Assembly (NCBI GenBank): GCA_013265495.1
Contig: MU058423.1
Location: 3,611,061-3,675,060 of the forward strand
DNA length: 64,000 nucleotides
Source of the DNA: Vicugna vicugna
Lineage: Eukaryota
Reading direction: 5' to 3'
Below are positions 1-12,150 of this stretch, piece after piece. The translations under genes were made by a program, and so were the position numbers. Each line of letters begins with the position of its first letter. The stretch's first letter is position 1. The notes under the pieces are model-generated. The model had not been told where the DNA came from. It did no database searches and worked only from the letters and a program-made list of their open reading frames with translations.

Positions 1-660
1 ATTTCTTCTGTTGTTCCGAATATTTTCTCTTTGCTGGAATAAATCAACACAGCTCCTCACACCTCGTATGCAGCTGTTGGTCTGGAGGATACTTTGTTTC
101 CTTAAACTGAGTAGCGAAGACCAGCAGAGCAGTTTGCTTTTACGTGACAGGGACAGTAATACATCTCACTGTCTGCTTACCTGATTACTGCCCCAGATCC
201 AGCAATGCATCCTCTACTTGCCGACTTTGAGTTGGGCCTCTCTCGATTCTGTGAAGAATGGCTCTGCCTCTGCTTCTACTCCCTCTGTTATTCTAGGTTT
301 CTGGAATTTTTGTTTGTTCATTAGTTTTTTTTTGTTTCCCAACTTTGGCTGCCTGTATGATTCGACTCACATCCCATCAAAAAGCCTGTCAAAGGCATTT
401 GTCTGATGCCACCTTGTCTTAACTTCATCACATCTATAGATTTATTCTTTTTAGAGTAGTGAGCATGTTGGTAATCAGAAATTCTCTATAAAGATTTGAA
501 AATTTGTTATTGTGAGAAAATTACACTTTCTAGGGAACTCCACACATTTCTACTTTAAGGGGAAAAGTAGAGAAACACTAGATCTTTTAGAAATTCTTGA
601 GTGGATCTGATGCAGCTCACAGGGAAGAACTGACACTCCAGTTTCTCCTTAGAGTGGTGA
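1..660 (-). mobile_element. Possible highly decayed L3/CR1 LINE ORF2 (RT-side) fragments
   Basis: Only weak reverse-complement resemblance to CR1/L3 ORF2. Position is collinear with the clearer L3 fragments at 1260-2600. Confidence 0.3.
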
Positions 661-733
661 GATATTATAGCAGGGGTGCTGGGAATGGAAGACAGACAGG
701 AAGCTGAGGGAGCAGGCGTGCGTGAAAGTTGAG

Positions 734-777
734 ACACACACACACACACACACACAGGGGTGGGAGAGAGAGAGAGA
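734..777. repeat. Compound (AC)n / (GA)n microsatellite
   Basis: Directly visible: acacac... gggg tgg gagaga... Confidence 0.95.
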
Positions 778-1259
778 AGGTGCAGAAAGATGGGAGACTG
801 AGAGAAATAGGGATAGATGCTGCTGTAGGTGGAGGAGATAGATAAAAGAGGTGATAGAAAAAGAGAATGTTACAGATGTTCACTGTTAATTAAGAATGCA
901 TTCCCCACTATCTTACTTACATGTCAAAAAAATTTTTTTTCAACAAGAAACCATGTTGAGGTGATAATTTAGGAACTGGGCATTTATGTGGGTTACATCT
1001 GTATATCTTTATTCTATTTCAATGGGTTCTGGTAGAGAGGAAGTCAAACATGTGCCTAGTCTGTCCTTTTGAACTGGTTTTGAATTACACACTGAAAAAC
1101 ATCTGGATGGCTTCCTACTATTTTCTCATTGACTTTAAGGGTCATTCCCTTTTGTTGCAGTATTTAACTTGTTTATTCCAACTTAAATACTAGGATCATT
1201 CTTTATAATGGAAAATATGGAAACAAAAGTGGACAAATATATGGAAACAAAACATGGAA

Positions 1260-1765
1260 ACAAAAGTGTCTTCTGTCTACTCTGTATTGAGATTGTGCCA
1301 TATTACACAAGCTCTCATTGCTGTTAGTTTGTGGGGTACTTATGGAGGCTTTTAGACTTCTGACATAATTTTTACAGATACAGAATTAAGGAAAACAGTT
1401 ACTGTTTCTACCCTTCTACAAAGCCTATACTTGTAAGTATTCATTACAGGTTTTATGTGTCTATGTCTATTCTTTTTTTTTAATGTATAGTTTTAAGTCT
1501 GAGCTAATCAGAGAGATTTTATGCAATCTTCTTTATTACTTTAAATTTCTCTACCTTCCTCCAACAAAGGACAGGATATCTAGGACTATATACCTAAAAT
1601 TTCATACTTTTAAAATACCTAAGCCCTCTTGTGACAAATTCCTCTTTAGGATCTCTGATCATATCCATCTTTTCTCTAAAATAATCAAATATCCTATTTT
1701 CTCAAGCACCTGGTACACGTCTAACAGTCTGCAGCTTTCTTTTCTTTCCCTATTAAAGATTCTAA
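1260..1765 (-). mobile_element. L3 (CR1) LINE ORF2 fragment, 3' portion; split by an L1 insertion
   Basis: Reverse complement reads ...agagaaaagatggatatgatc...caagagggcttagg...atgaaatttt...ctctctgattagctcagacttaaaa..., matching the L3 ORF2 region after the endonuclease. Confidence 0.65.
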
Positions 1766-2471
1766 ATTCCCTAAAAAACTAAAAACAGAGTTACCATATG
1801 CTCCAGCAATCCCATTCCTGGGCATATATCTGGAGAAAACTCTAATTCAAAAAGATACATGCACCCCAGTGTTCATAGCAGCCCTATTTACAATAGTCAA
1901 GACATGGAAGCAACCTAAATGTCCATCAACAGATGACTGGATAAAGGAGTTGTGGTATATTTATACAACAGAATATTACTCAGCCATAAAAAATAATAAA
2001 ATAATGCCATTTGCAGATAATGCCATTCAACATGGATGGACCTAGGGATTATCATACTGCATTAAAAAAGACAGAGAAAGACAAATATCATATGATACCA
2101 CTTATAGGTGGAATCTTAAAAATGAGACAAATGAACTTATTTACAGAACAGAAACAGATTCATAAACATAGAAAACAAACTTAGGGTTACCAAGGGGGAA
2201 GAGGGGTGGAGGGATAAGTTAGGAGTTTGGGATTAGCAGATACAAACTACTATATACAGAAGAGATAAACAACAAGTTTCTATTTTATAACACAGGGAAC
2301 TATAGTTAATATCTTATAATAATCTATAATAAAAAGAATATGAAAAAGAATATACATATGAAAAGTCTGACGTGCTATTCAGAGATATATATATCTGAAT
2401 CACTATGCTATACACTAGAAACTAACACAATATTGAAAATCAACTCTACTTCAATGAAAAATAAAATAAAA
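1766..2471 (+). mobile_element. 5'-truncated LINE-1 (ORF2 C-terminus + 3'UTR + A-rich tail)
   Basis: cagcaatcccattcctgggcatatat...aaaagatacatgcacccc...caacctaaatgtccatcaacagatgactggataaa; ends actctacttcaatgaaaaataaaataaaa. Confidence 0.95.
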
Positions 2472-2600
2472 TGACCTGTTCTATCCAATCACCAACCACA
2501 TTTCCCTATTTCCCAGAATTAGGTCTGGAATATCGGTTCCCTTTGTGGCTTCCTGTGCCTTCTGAGAGATGAAATTACCAGCAGGGAAAGTACAGACTGA
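2472..2600 (-). mobile_element. L3 (CR1) LINE ORF2 endonuclease-region fragment
   Basis: Reverse complement aatttcatctctcagaaggcacaggaagccacaaagggaaccgatattccagacctaattctg...ggttggtga is a characteristic L3 segment. It continues the 1260-1765 piece across the L1. Confidence 0.7.
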
Positions 2601-3084
2601 ATCTGATACTCGATTTTCAGCAGAAGGGAACTTTCAGAAGCTGTGGATGTCATTAGTCCAACTGAACGCTAGCCTGAATTTGTAACCTCTTTTAGAAGAG
2701 CAGTGACCTTCGTCTAGCCTGGGGCTCTATGGAGCACTCCCACAGCCACTTAATTTGTGTTCTTTCTATTTTTATCCCCAACTAAATACCTTCTAATTTG
2801 CATATATTGTCAGAATCCTGGATTTCCAGACAAGGCTTTACTGACTTACTTTGGAACGTTGCCATTTCTTTGCCTCTTTTCTTGTGTATTTCCCTTTTAT
2901 TAACAAGATAAGCCCTTCCAATGTTAGGATATGAGTTCCATCTTTGCGAGTCTCACATTGTGTTTATTACACTCCATGAAAATTGCCTGTTTACTTGGCC
3001 TATTCTTTATTCTCTGTATTCTCCACTTTAAGTCTGGTCAAAAATATTATAAATCAGTAGGTTTGAATTTACAGAGTCATATTA

Positions 3085-3498
3085 CGTAGGGTGAGAAATG
3101 CTAGCTGCTATGTCAAACAAACCATCACATCTCAATGGCTTAATAGAGTAAAGGTTTAATTCTTGCCCCTGCAAAGTCCAAAGCAAATGTTTCTACTCGG
3201 TAGGCAGGTGTCCATGTGGTTGTTTGCGGACCTAGTCACCTTCATCTTGTGGAATATTCTTAGAATCCTGTCCATTCACCCAGTAGATAGGAAAGACAGA
3301 GAGAGGGCAGAGGAGCCCTCAGCAGTTTTTATGGTTCAGATCTCGAAGTGGAGTTGGTTACTGCTACCCTCATGACATTGGCCAGAACTCAGCATGTGGC
3401 TACACCGAGTTGCAGGGGAGGCCGGGAAATGTAGACTAGCCGTGGGCCCAGGAGGAAAGAGAACCAGGCTTGGTAAACAACCAGCCAGTCTCTGCCAT
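3085..3498 (-). mobile_element. ERVL-MaLR solo LTR (MLT1J-like)
   Basis: cattggccagaactcagcatgtggc...gggaaatgtagactagc...ggtaaacaaccagccagtctctgcca is the reverse complement of the MLT1J 5' end. Confidence 0.8.
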
Positions 3499-3579
3499 CG
3501 TTGTTTATATTTTACAGTTACACAAAATATAAGATTTCTTGAGAGTTCTACATTTCGCTTTAAAGTAATTTTCTAGTGG

Positions 3580-3800
3580 CCTTTTACGTTTCCCCTCCAT
3601 GCCTGAACTACAGTGGCCATGTTGTAGCAGCTGCCCAGTTTGTGGTTTATATTTCTGCCAGTCCACCCTCCAGAGCTTCAGCAAATGTATCTTAAAATAC
3701 TGCTTCCGTCATGTCCTTTTCCTGTCTATCCTTAATGTCTAACTTTTCATAATTTCCCCATAATCTGGCTTCATTTTACTTATCCAATCTCATCTCCCAT
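3580..3800 (+). mobile_element. L2 fragment
   Basis: ccagtccaccctccagagc...tcttaaaatactgcttccgtcatgtc...cataatctggc pattern. Confidence 0.5.
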
Positions 3801-3994
3801 TAATCCCTATTCATAGCTGTAAATTCATGACCTGTGAGCTGGGAGTTTATGTGGTATTTGGCCTGGGATGGGCCTGTGGGTATTTGGCCTCTAAACCCCT
3901 GAATCCTGCGCTGCTGGAGTCCTCTTCCTTAGCCCCACGGTACTATCCATGGCGGAAGGCTGGGAAAATGGCACTCTTCAATGTCGTGAGCATC

Positions 3995-4478
3995 GGTTAG
4001 TTCTTCCTACATAAAAAGGATGCCAAAACTTAGTGACTTAAAGCAGCAAACATTGATTATTCCTCAGGATCCTGGGGGTTGCTGGTCAGTTCTTTTGGTG
4101 CAGGATGGCTCAGCTGGAGTGGATGCCTGAGAATGGCCTTGCTCACATATCAGGGGCTTCAGCCAGGATGGCTGGGAACATCTCAGGCCCTTCTCTGCAT
4201 TGTCTCTTTTCCTCCAGCGTCTGGCCTGGGTTGTTCACTTGGTGGCGAAGGGGTTCCGAGCAGCAAGTGGTGGAGAGCTCTAACACACACATTCTTCTCA
4301 TGTCTCTGTTGGCAACATCTTAGCAGGCAGGCTGAGGAAAAGTAAAGGAGAGGCTCCTCCTGATTGGCAGAAAATGGAGCAGGAAAGAGAAACGTGGAAG
4401 ATTCCCTGGAGCATGGAGTTTTGACATGATGGGGGAGTAGGAAGTGGGAGTGCCTTCTTGTTGGCATTCAGTACCACA
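3995..4478 (-). mobile_element. ERVL-MaLR solo LTR (MLT1G/H/I-like)
   Basis: ccaaaacttagtgacttaaagcagcaaacattgattatt...gaatggccttgctcacat...; ends taccaca. Confidence 0.75.
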
Positions 4479-4689
4479 AAGAGTGAAGCTACTTGTGGGA
4501 AATTAAAGAGTATGAGAACAGTGCCAAGGTAGGAAGAAGAATCCTATATGGGAGGCCAATGATAATGATTTTCTCTCCACCCCCTTCCAAGTTTACTTCT
4601 ACCCAACTTTGTGATGTGCTGTCTTGTTTAGAATGCCATCTTGGCTTCTGCAACTATTCAGAACTTGTAGGTCCTTTCTTTCAGATGCT

Positions 4690-5160
4690 CCTAGTTGCCT
4701 GTTCTAATGTACATTCTCTTCTTCTTCATTGCTAGCAGAATCCCAGTTTTGTTTGGTGCATTAATTTACACTTTGCCAGCTTTCTTTGGGCTAGGAATGG
4801 TTAGGTGACACAGTTCTGGTTAATCTGCTGGGATGTCCAGTAAATTTTTGCCTTCCTGATATAGGTACCATGTTTCCCTCCTTGTTCCTTTCTTCTTCCT
4901 ATCTGAGATGAAGATGTTAGGCTGGAGATGGAGCAACTATTTTCTGGCTATGAGGCAACTGTAAGGCTGAAAGGATGTTAAGGATGGAATGCCCAACGTT
5001 AAAAGGATCCCAAAGACTTGATGTCACAGATTCACTGTAATCAGTCTGGCTTGCCCACTTCCACACTCTTTGTGGTGTGAAAACAATAAGTGACTTTATT
5101 TGCTTACATCATTGTAATAGCTTTCTGTTACACGCAGACGGACAATCCGCAACTGACACA
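4690..5160 (+). mobile_element. ERVL-MaLR solo LTR (MLT1K/L-like)
   Basis: gctagcagaatcccagttttgtt...ggctggagatggagcaactatttt...tttctgttacacgcag...aactgacaca. Confidence 0.7.
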
Positions 5161-5259
5161 GCCTTCAAAGCCTTTCACATGTCTCATCTCCCCCGTGAAG
5201 CCCTCTCTATTTAATAACTATTGATCCCTCTTCTTCCTGACCACTGCAGCACCCCATGA

Positions 5260-5679
5260 TGTATTAGTTTCCTGTTGCTGCTGTAACAAATTACCCCGGA
5301 CTTAGTGGGTGGATTAAAACATCAGAACTCTTTGTTATCTTACAGTTCTGGAAGAAATCTAAAATGAGATCGTAAGTCTGTGTTCTTTATAGAGATTCTA
5401 GGAAAGAATCCATTTCTTTGCCTTTTCTAGTTTCTAGAGGCTGCAGCCTTCTTCGGCTTGTTACCCTACATCATTCCAACCTCTGCTTCTTTGGTCATGT
5501 CTGATTCCCCTTCTGTCCTCTTATAAGGACCTCTGTGATTATTCAGAATAATCCAGGGTAATCTCTTCATCTCAAAATCCTTAAATTAATCACACTTACT
5601 AAGTCTCTTTTACCATAGAAGGTAACATATGTCCATATTAAAATATGGACATCTTTGGGGGACCATTCTGCCTACCAGA
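5260..5679 (-). mobile_element. ERVL-MaLR solo LTR (MLT1C/D-like)
   Basis: Starts tgtattagtttcctgttgctgctgtaacaaattacc; ends ggacatctttgggggaccattctgcctacca. Confidence 0.9.
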
Positions 5680-6944
5680 TATGCCCTATATTTGTAAATC
5701 TATAATATATTTTAATCCACAATTGCATTTAATTTAGCTCTGTATTTTACGTCATTTCTAATTATTTTGTGTGGAAGTCTCATTTTCTTGTCCAGGCATA
5801 AATGCCCTGGGGGCATATATCCTCCACAGAGCTGGGCACATACTTGTTGGTTTCAGAATTTCATCCTATGCATTGGCAAATACTATCTATCTCTTTGGTG
5901 TAAATACAAACACCAAAACATCTTTATTTTAATTGATTACAATGAAAATGTATTCATTCTACTTGTTTCCCAGAGGTCTCAATTTGCATTATGTAATAAA
6001 AATATATAAACTCTTATAATAGGCCTAAGATGGAAACTAGCCTTTATTTGTGCCTTTTAACCAAGTTTCAGGAAGAGTCATAATGGTGTTTGCTTCTTTT
6101 GGGCACCAGTAATGGGGTATTTGAATTATTTAGCCTTTGTACATTTCTTTTCAAATTCTTTTTGTTTGGTTAACTGATTTTTAGACTTTTTTTAATAAAA
6201 AATTTTCAACACACAGAAAATGTGGAGAATTGTTCAGTGAATAACCGTTACCAAAACCTAGACTGAGCAACATATGCATATATACATAACTTTTTTGGCT
6301 GACCCATTTTAAGATAAATTACAAATAATTTTTACTCAATGCCTAAAAAAGTGATAGTTTATATACATTTCCTCTGTTTCTTGAGACTCATTAAATTGTG
6401 GTTGGAGTTGATGAACATCTTGCTATGTTATAGATTTTCCTTTTAAAAAAAAAAATCTGACGTGCCTCAGGTCACTATAGACCGCGGCCTTCCTCTCACC
6501 CACGAGAACATCTGTAAACAATTGCTTTTGTCTTTTAAACACATGATTGACTTTTACTAAATTTTATTTTAATAACCATAGCTCCACATCCCTCTTAATT
6601 TCTTAATTAGTTTCCTGGAAAATCACTTCATTCCCATTTAATTTGGAGTCAAATCTCATTCCAACTTTCTACAGCAATGTTTGCGTGCTAGGAGATTAAA
6701 GGAGTAATTGCTGTGGTCTCCATGTTTTCTATCCTGTCATATTTGTACCACATTTGTACCAGTTTTTGGCTGCTTTGTTTCTTTCTCAGAAGAAAGAATT
6801 TGGACATAATTTAACTCAACTTTCATTTATGCAATTCCTTTGCTCTTGCTTTTGCTAAGGGAATTATGAGAATTCTTCTTGGATTTCTGCAAAATTTTTT
6901 GGCATTATTAGAACCACTTGATGTCAACCTTAAGAATAATGACA

Positions 6945-7647
6945 ATATCAAAACCACAATGAGCTACTACCTCACACCTGTTAGAGTGGCTGTCATCAAA
7001 AAGACAACACATAACTGCAGGCAAAGATGTGAAGAAAAGGGACCCCCGTGCACCGTTGGTGGGAATGTAAATTGGTGCAGCCACAATGGAAAACAGTATT
7101 GAGGTTCCTTGAAAAATTAAAAATTGAACTGTCAAATAATCAGCAGTTTCACCTCAGAAAGTATTTACTTGAAGAATACAAAAACACTAATTCGAGAAGA
7201 TATATTCTCTCTAGTGTTTATTGCAACATTATGTACAATAGCCAAGATATGAAAGCAGCCCAAGTGTGTACCAATTGACAAATGAATAAAGAAGATATGG
7301 CATCTGTGTGTGTGTGTGTGTGTATATATATGTGTGTGAGGGAATATTACTCAGTCATGAAAAATGAAATCTTGCCATTTGCAACAACTTGCATGAATCT
7401 GGAGGATATTGTGCTAAGTGCAATAAAGTAAGACAGAGAAGGACAAATACAACATGACCTCGCTTATGTGTGAAATCTAAACAACAAGCAAAACAAAACA
7501 AAACAAAACAGACTCATAGATACAAAGAACAAACAGGTGGTTGCCAGAAGGGAGTGGGGGTGGGAGGGTGGGGGAAATAGGTGAAGGGACTTAAGAGGTA
7601 CAAACCTCCAGTTGTATAATAAACAAGTCACAGGGATGTAATATACT
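6945..7647 (+). mobile_element. LINE-1 ORF2 3' end + partial 3'UTR (L1MA-type age)
   Basis: [36 protein letters not shown] is L1 ORF2 C-terminal sequence; G-rich 3'UTR tract at ~7550. Confidence 0.92.
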
Positions 7648-8629
7648 TTGGCTATTAGCAAGTCAGATAGCTGCTGTTACCAGAACTTTGGGTTGTTTGG
7701 ATGAGCAAAGTGTATTGCTTATGAAAACCCTTAGGGGACTGAATTGGTTGGTATTCTCCCTCTCCCTGTTTCTTTCCACTTCTAGCTAGGATAAAGGGTC
7801 ACAGAGTGACTTTACCCCATGCCTAGGTGAGAAGGCTCCTGGTCATTAGTCTAATAAAATGGTTTGTCTTTCTAAATGTAAATCCTTTTCTATGCTTTAG
7901 CAAAGACATTCTCAAGCACTATTCCCTCTTTCCATCTCAAGACTTTAAACTTCAGTTTAACCAATGACTATAGGAAAGTTCTACCAGCATTGTCATTTAA
8001 AATATTTTACAAAGTAATCAGGATTTTTTTTTCTTTGTCTTAGGTAATCCTTTTTAGCATAATTTATGGCTTTAATTAGTGTAAAAATCCTCATCCCTTT
8101 CTGTTTTTAAGTGTTCTTATTTTATCTTTAAAAAGCCAACAGTAAACAATAGAGTTCGAATCTTTGTTTCCCACCATAAATTTTGGTCACAATTATGCCT
8201 CATCTAGAAAAAAGAAATGATCTAAGTACTGCCATGAAACTAAGTACTGTCATGAAAAGGCTATAGTCTCTGATATTTTCATCTGAGCATTACCTGTCAT
8301 AAGACCATTCCACTGTGATAGTATAAGCAAATATCATAAAATAATAAATATTATTTCTATTCATATTGAACTAGTGGAGTTTGAAGAATTCTCAAAATGA
8401 TCCAAAATTGGTGTTTTAGTTTCAGTATTTGATTTCATTTGAGACCACAAAAATCACCTAGTCAGCTACATTTAATGTAACTCAGATTCACTTTCTAAAA
8501 TGTCTTAATAACCTTAAATAATGGAACATTTAGAGGAACATTCCTTCTAAGAAAGGAATGCTTTACACCTGGAACAACAGAAAAAATGCTTTGTGTAAAG
8601 AATTCAAACAACAGGGTTCTCAGAAGACT

Positions 8630-9283
8630 ATTACTGTTCTGACACCAATTGTCTTGACACCCACTAGGCGTCCTGCAATTTAATTCACCTTCTGACATGA
8701 ATTCCCAGGGTTAGCCTCAGACCCCACGGGTTTAAGGGCTCAGTCCTCCTCAGGACAGCACCCACTTCAGACTTCAGCCACAAGTCTCAGGGGCCATCCC
8801 CACTTCTGAAAACCAGCCATAAATTTGGGGATTTCCATGACCCCCTCAGGTTCAGGAGTTTGCTAGAACGACTCACTGAGGTCACTAAAAGCCTTATACT
8901 CACCATTACAGTTTCATCAGAAAGGATCAGATCAAGAATGGCCAAATGGAAGACACTCATGGGGCGAGGTCTGGGGGGTGGGGGCTCAGAGCGTCTCTGT
9001 GTCCTCTTTTCATGGAATCCCATGCTGTGTCCTCATCTCTTCTTATGAGGACACCAGTCATGTTGGATCAGGGCCCCACCCTTACAGCCTCATTTACCTC
9101 AGTTACCTCTTCAAAGACGCTGTCTCCAAATACAGTCACATCCCAAAGTAATGTGGGTTAGGACCTCAATAAACTTTGGGGTGACACAGCTTAGCCCAGT
9201 ACATTCAGGAGATTCCAAGGACTTTTGAAGCTCTGTTCTAGGAACCAGGGACAAAGACCAGGTACAGTCTTTATTGCGCCACA
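8630..9283 (-). mobile_element. MER21-like ERVL LTR, interrupted by an MLT1 fragment
   Basis: cagaccccacgggtttaagggctcagtcc...ttgctagaacgactcac; terminal tcaggagattccaagg...ggaaccagggacaaagacca...gccaca is the reverse complement of the MER21 5' end. Confidence 0.8.
9025..9203 (-). mobile_element. MLT1A/B-like MaLR LTR 5' half nested in MER21
   Basis: cttcttatgaggacaccagtcatgttggatcagggcccc...tctccaaatacagtcacat...gacacagcttagcccagtaca. Confidence 0.8.
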
Positions 9284-9531
9284 GTCTTCTCCCTCAGAGA
9301 AACACCTCTAAGATTTGACTAATGACTTTGTGCTAGAGATAAACTCAAGCAAGTGGTTTTGTTTTTGCTGCCTAGAGATTTGTGGGCAGCCCTGTTTTTG
9401 GAAGGAATGCACTGTCTGCTCCTGGAACCATGCTCTGAAGCCTCTGAGGAACACCATGCTTAATTCTCTGCACAGGAAGAAAACCAGGAGGGGGCTGAAG
9501 GGAGAATTTCTTTATTTCAGACCCATTTTCT

Positions 9532-10204
9532 TATTTTATTTTACTTTATTTTATTTTTTAAACTTTTTTTTTACTGAGTTATAGTCATTTTACAGTGTTT
9601 CGTTAAATTCCAGTGTAGAGCACAATTTTTCAGTTATACATGAACATACGTATATTCATTGTCACATTTTTTTTCACTGTGACCTACCACAAGATCTTGT
9701 ATATATTTCCCTGTGCTATACAGTATAATCTTGTTTATGTATTCTACATATGCCTGTCAGTATCTACAGATTTTGAACTCCCAGTCTATCCCTTCCCACC
9801 CCCTCCACCTTGGCAAACACAAGTTTGTATTCTATGTCTATGAGTCTGTTTCTGTTTTGTATTTATGTTTTGTTTTGTTTTGTTTCATTTCATTTTTTAG
9901 ATTCCACATATGAGCGATCTCATATGGTATTTTTCTTTCTCTTTCTGGCTTACTTCACTTAGAATGACATTCTCTAGGAGCATCCATGTTGCTGCAAATG
10001 GCGTTATGCTGTTGTTTTTTATGGCTGAATAGTATTCCATTGTATAAATATACCACAGTTTCTCTATCCAGTCATCTGTTGATGGACATTTAGGCTGTTT
10101 CCATGCCTTGGCTATTGTAAATAGTGCTGCTATGAACTTTGGGGTGCAGGTGTCTTTTTGAAATAGGGTTCCTTCTGGATATATGCCCAGGAGCAGGATT
10201 ACTG
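9532..10204 (-). mobile_element. Young 5'-truncated LINE-1 with perfect 15-bp target-site duplication
   Basis: Uninterrupted ORF2 C-terminus (LLGIYP...WKQPKCPSTDDWI...YHMRSLICGI); T-rich tail at 9532; TSD TCAGACCCATTTTCT at 9517-9531 and 10205-10219. Confidence 0.97.
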
Positions 10205-11734
10205 TCAGACCCATTTTCTGCTGTTCACTTCAGCACTTCTTGGTATCTACACATCCTTTCTCCCAATTCAGACTCTCTTCTGTCCACACTAGCCAAACGA
10301 GTTCAGGAATAGCTTTGTCTGCATTTGATCTGAGTATAAACTTAAATCAGCATGTTACCTCTCCCTAGGATATTTGCACTGAAGTCTTATTTTCTCACAT
10401 CCTTACACTCTTGAAATTACCCCAAAGTGTTGGCCTCCTGACTGAGGTTGGGGCTCACTACAAGGTGAGTGATACTTTTAGGTTTTTTTTCCTTAATAAT
10501 TATCTTAGTCCTGAACTTCTCAACTGTAGGATCATAAAACTTCTCAAATTCATTTCCATTTTTTAATATGTATGTCCCTTATCAAAGTACAGATGCTGTT
10601 ATTTTGATAGAAACTTTATCCATGTTGCTTGTTACAACTCTGAAAGTTTTATTTAGGTCCTGCCTTCCCTTCACCTTGTGATTCCCGAGGACAGGCAGGG
10701 AACAGAGTTGAGGTGGGGACTCTTCTCCTATTCGTTTCTCGGGGTGAAATGTGTGGCTGAAATTGACTTAAAGACTGTTACAGAATGATTTTATTTTAGA
10801 CTTGAGAAGGACACTGAGACTGTCCCATGAGTGGAGGTGTAAGTATTTGGTAAAATAATTGTAGGAAGACAACATTCTATGTATGGTTAATAAGCATTTG
10901 CTCACATGCTTGTGAGATACTACAGGGGAACCATGCACAAGTGCAAATTTCGTTTACTCATTCTGGCTTAATTACTTGAAGGAATAGCTTATCCTGACAC
11001 CAATTCAGAAGCATGGCAGCCTAGGACAGCAGCCCGTATGACAGCATCTTGAGTGCATCCGTTTATTTTCCTTTTGTGTGAGTTCATTTTTTTCCACGTT
11101 GTTCAACAGACGTATATAAAGAGAATTCTACATTCCAATACCTGATAGAAAGAAACCATCTTGTTTAAAATAGATGGTCTGAAAGTCATTGAAGAAATTC
11201 TCCCTCATATGAAGGAGTGAGGATTTTGTTTTCATGATCTCAGTAATTGTCTGTAGGAAATGCATCAGCAATTTGTTTTCTCATTTGTAAAATACAATGG
11301 TTGCCAGAGATAATCTCCAACTATTTTCCAACTTTAAAATTCTAGGATTCTGTAGTCTTGGTCATGATTTCTATATCCCAGAAGAATAAGTTTCAAATAT
11401 AATTGATGTTTATGGGATAGAATTTTATCCCAGTTGAAAAACTTGTTGTAAGGCACATAAACTTGGTTTTTCAATATTGCCCTGGGTTCTAAGATGCCGA
11501 GGTTGCCAGACAGAGGCTGGTCATAGTTACTGTTTCTTAATAGATATCAGGATGTTTTTGGCCATTTCCACAAGCCATAGAGAGGCCAGATCCAAGGAAG
11601 TCTTTCTTCCTCAAATGACTATTATACCTGCCATGAAACCAGAAATGCAGAGATGTATTCTTGTTACTTAAGTCTTCTTGTCTGTCTAGCCCATTAGTCT
11701 GAATAACAAACTAGATGTTCTGGGCTTTCCTCCT

Positions 11735-12150
11735 GAGTCAACAAAGATGCTTTTGGCTGTAACAGAATACCCAAATAAAAGTGACTTAACCAGGAAAGAA
11801 TTAGTTTTCTCACAAAGTCTCAGAATTGGTTAAGTGGGCTCCAGGTGAGCTTCTTTCATACTCTTTGGCTTTTCCCTCATGGGCACAAAATGGCTGCAGC
11901 AGCTCCAAGCATCATGTCCTTTCATGAAAATGTCCAAAGGCAGAAAGGAGAGTTTGTTTCCACGAATCTCCTTTTATCAGGGAGGACACCTTTCTCTGAG
12001 GCCTCCAGCAGACTTCCCCTTATAGGCTGACACTGTGTTATATCCCTGAGCCTGTGGCTGTTCAGCGATGTAAGCAGCATCCTACATCCTGTTAGCGAAG
12101 AAAAGGGTGGTGGGAATGCATTGAGGAAGCAGTCAGACATGCCTGCCTCA
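11735..12150 (-). mobile_element. ERVL-MaLR solo LTR (MLT1K/L-like)
   Basis: gatgcttttggctgtaacagaatacccaa...cacaaaatggctgcagcagctccaagcatcatgtcc...ccagcagacttcccctta. Confidence 0.75.

Noticed and set aside
8222..8257. 18-bp tandem repeat CTAAGTACTG(C/T)CATGAAA (a similar 15-bp direct repeat occurs at 42766-42802)
   Set aside because: Ordinary two-copy slippage duplication; no spacers, not CRISPR-like.
10800..10838. Apparent 39-nt exon (ttttattttAG ... GT|GTAAGT)
   Set aside because: It lies in a MIR3-like remnant and has a weak acceptor; likely chance.
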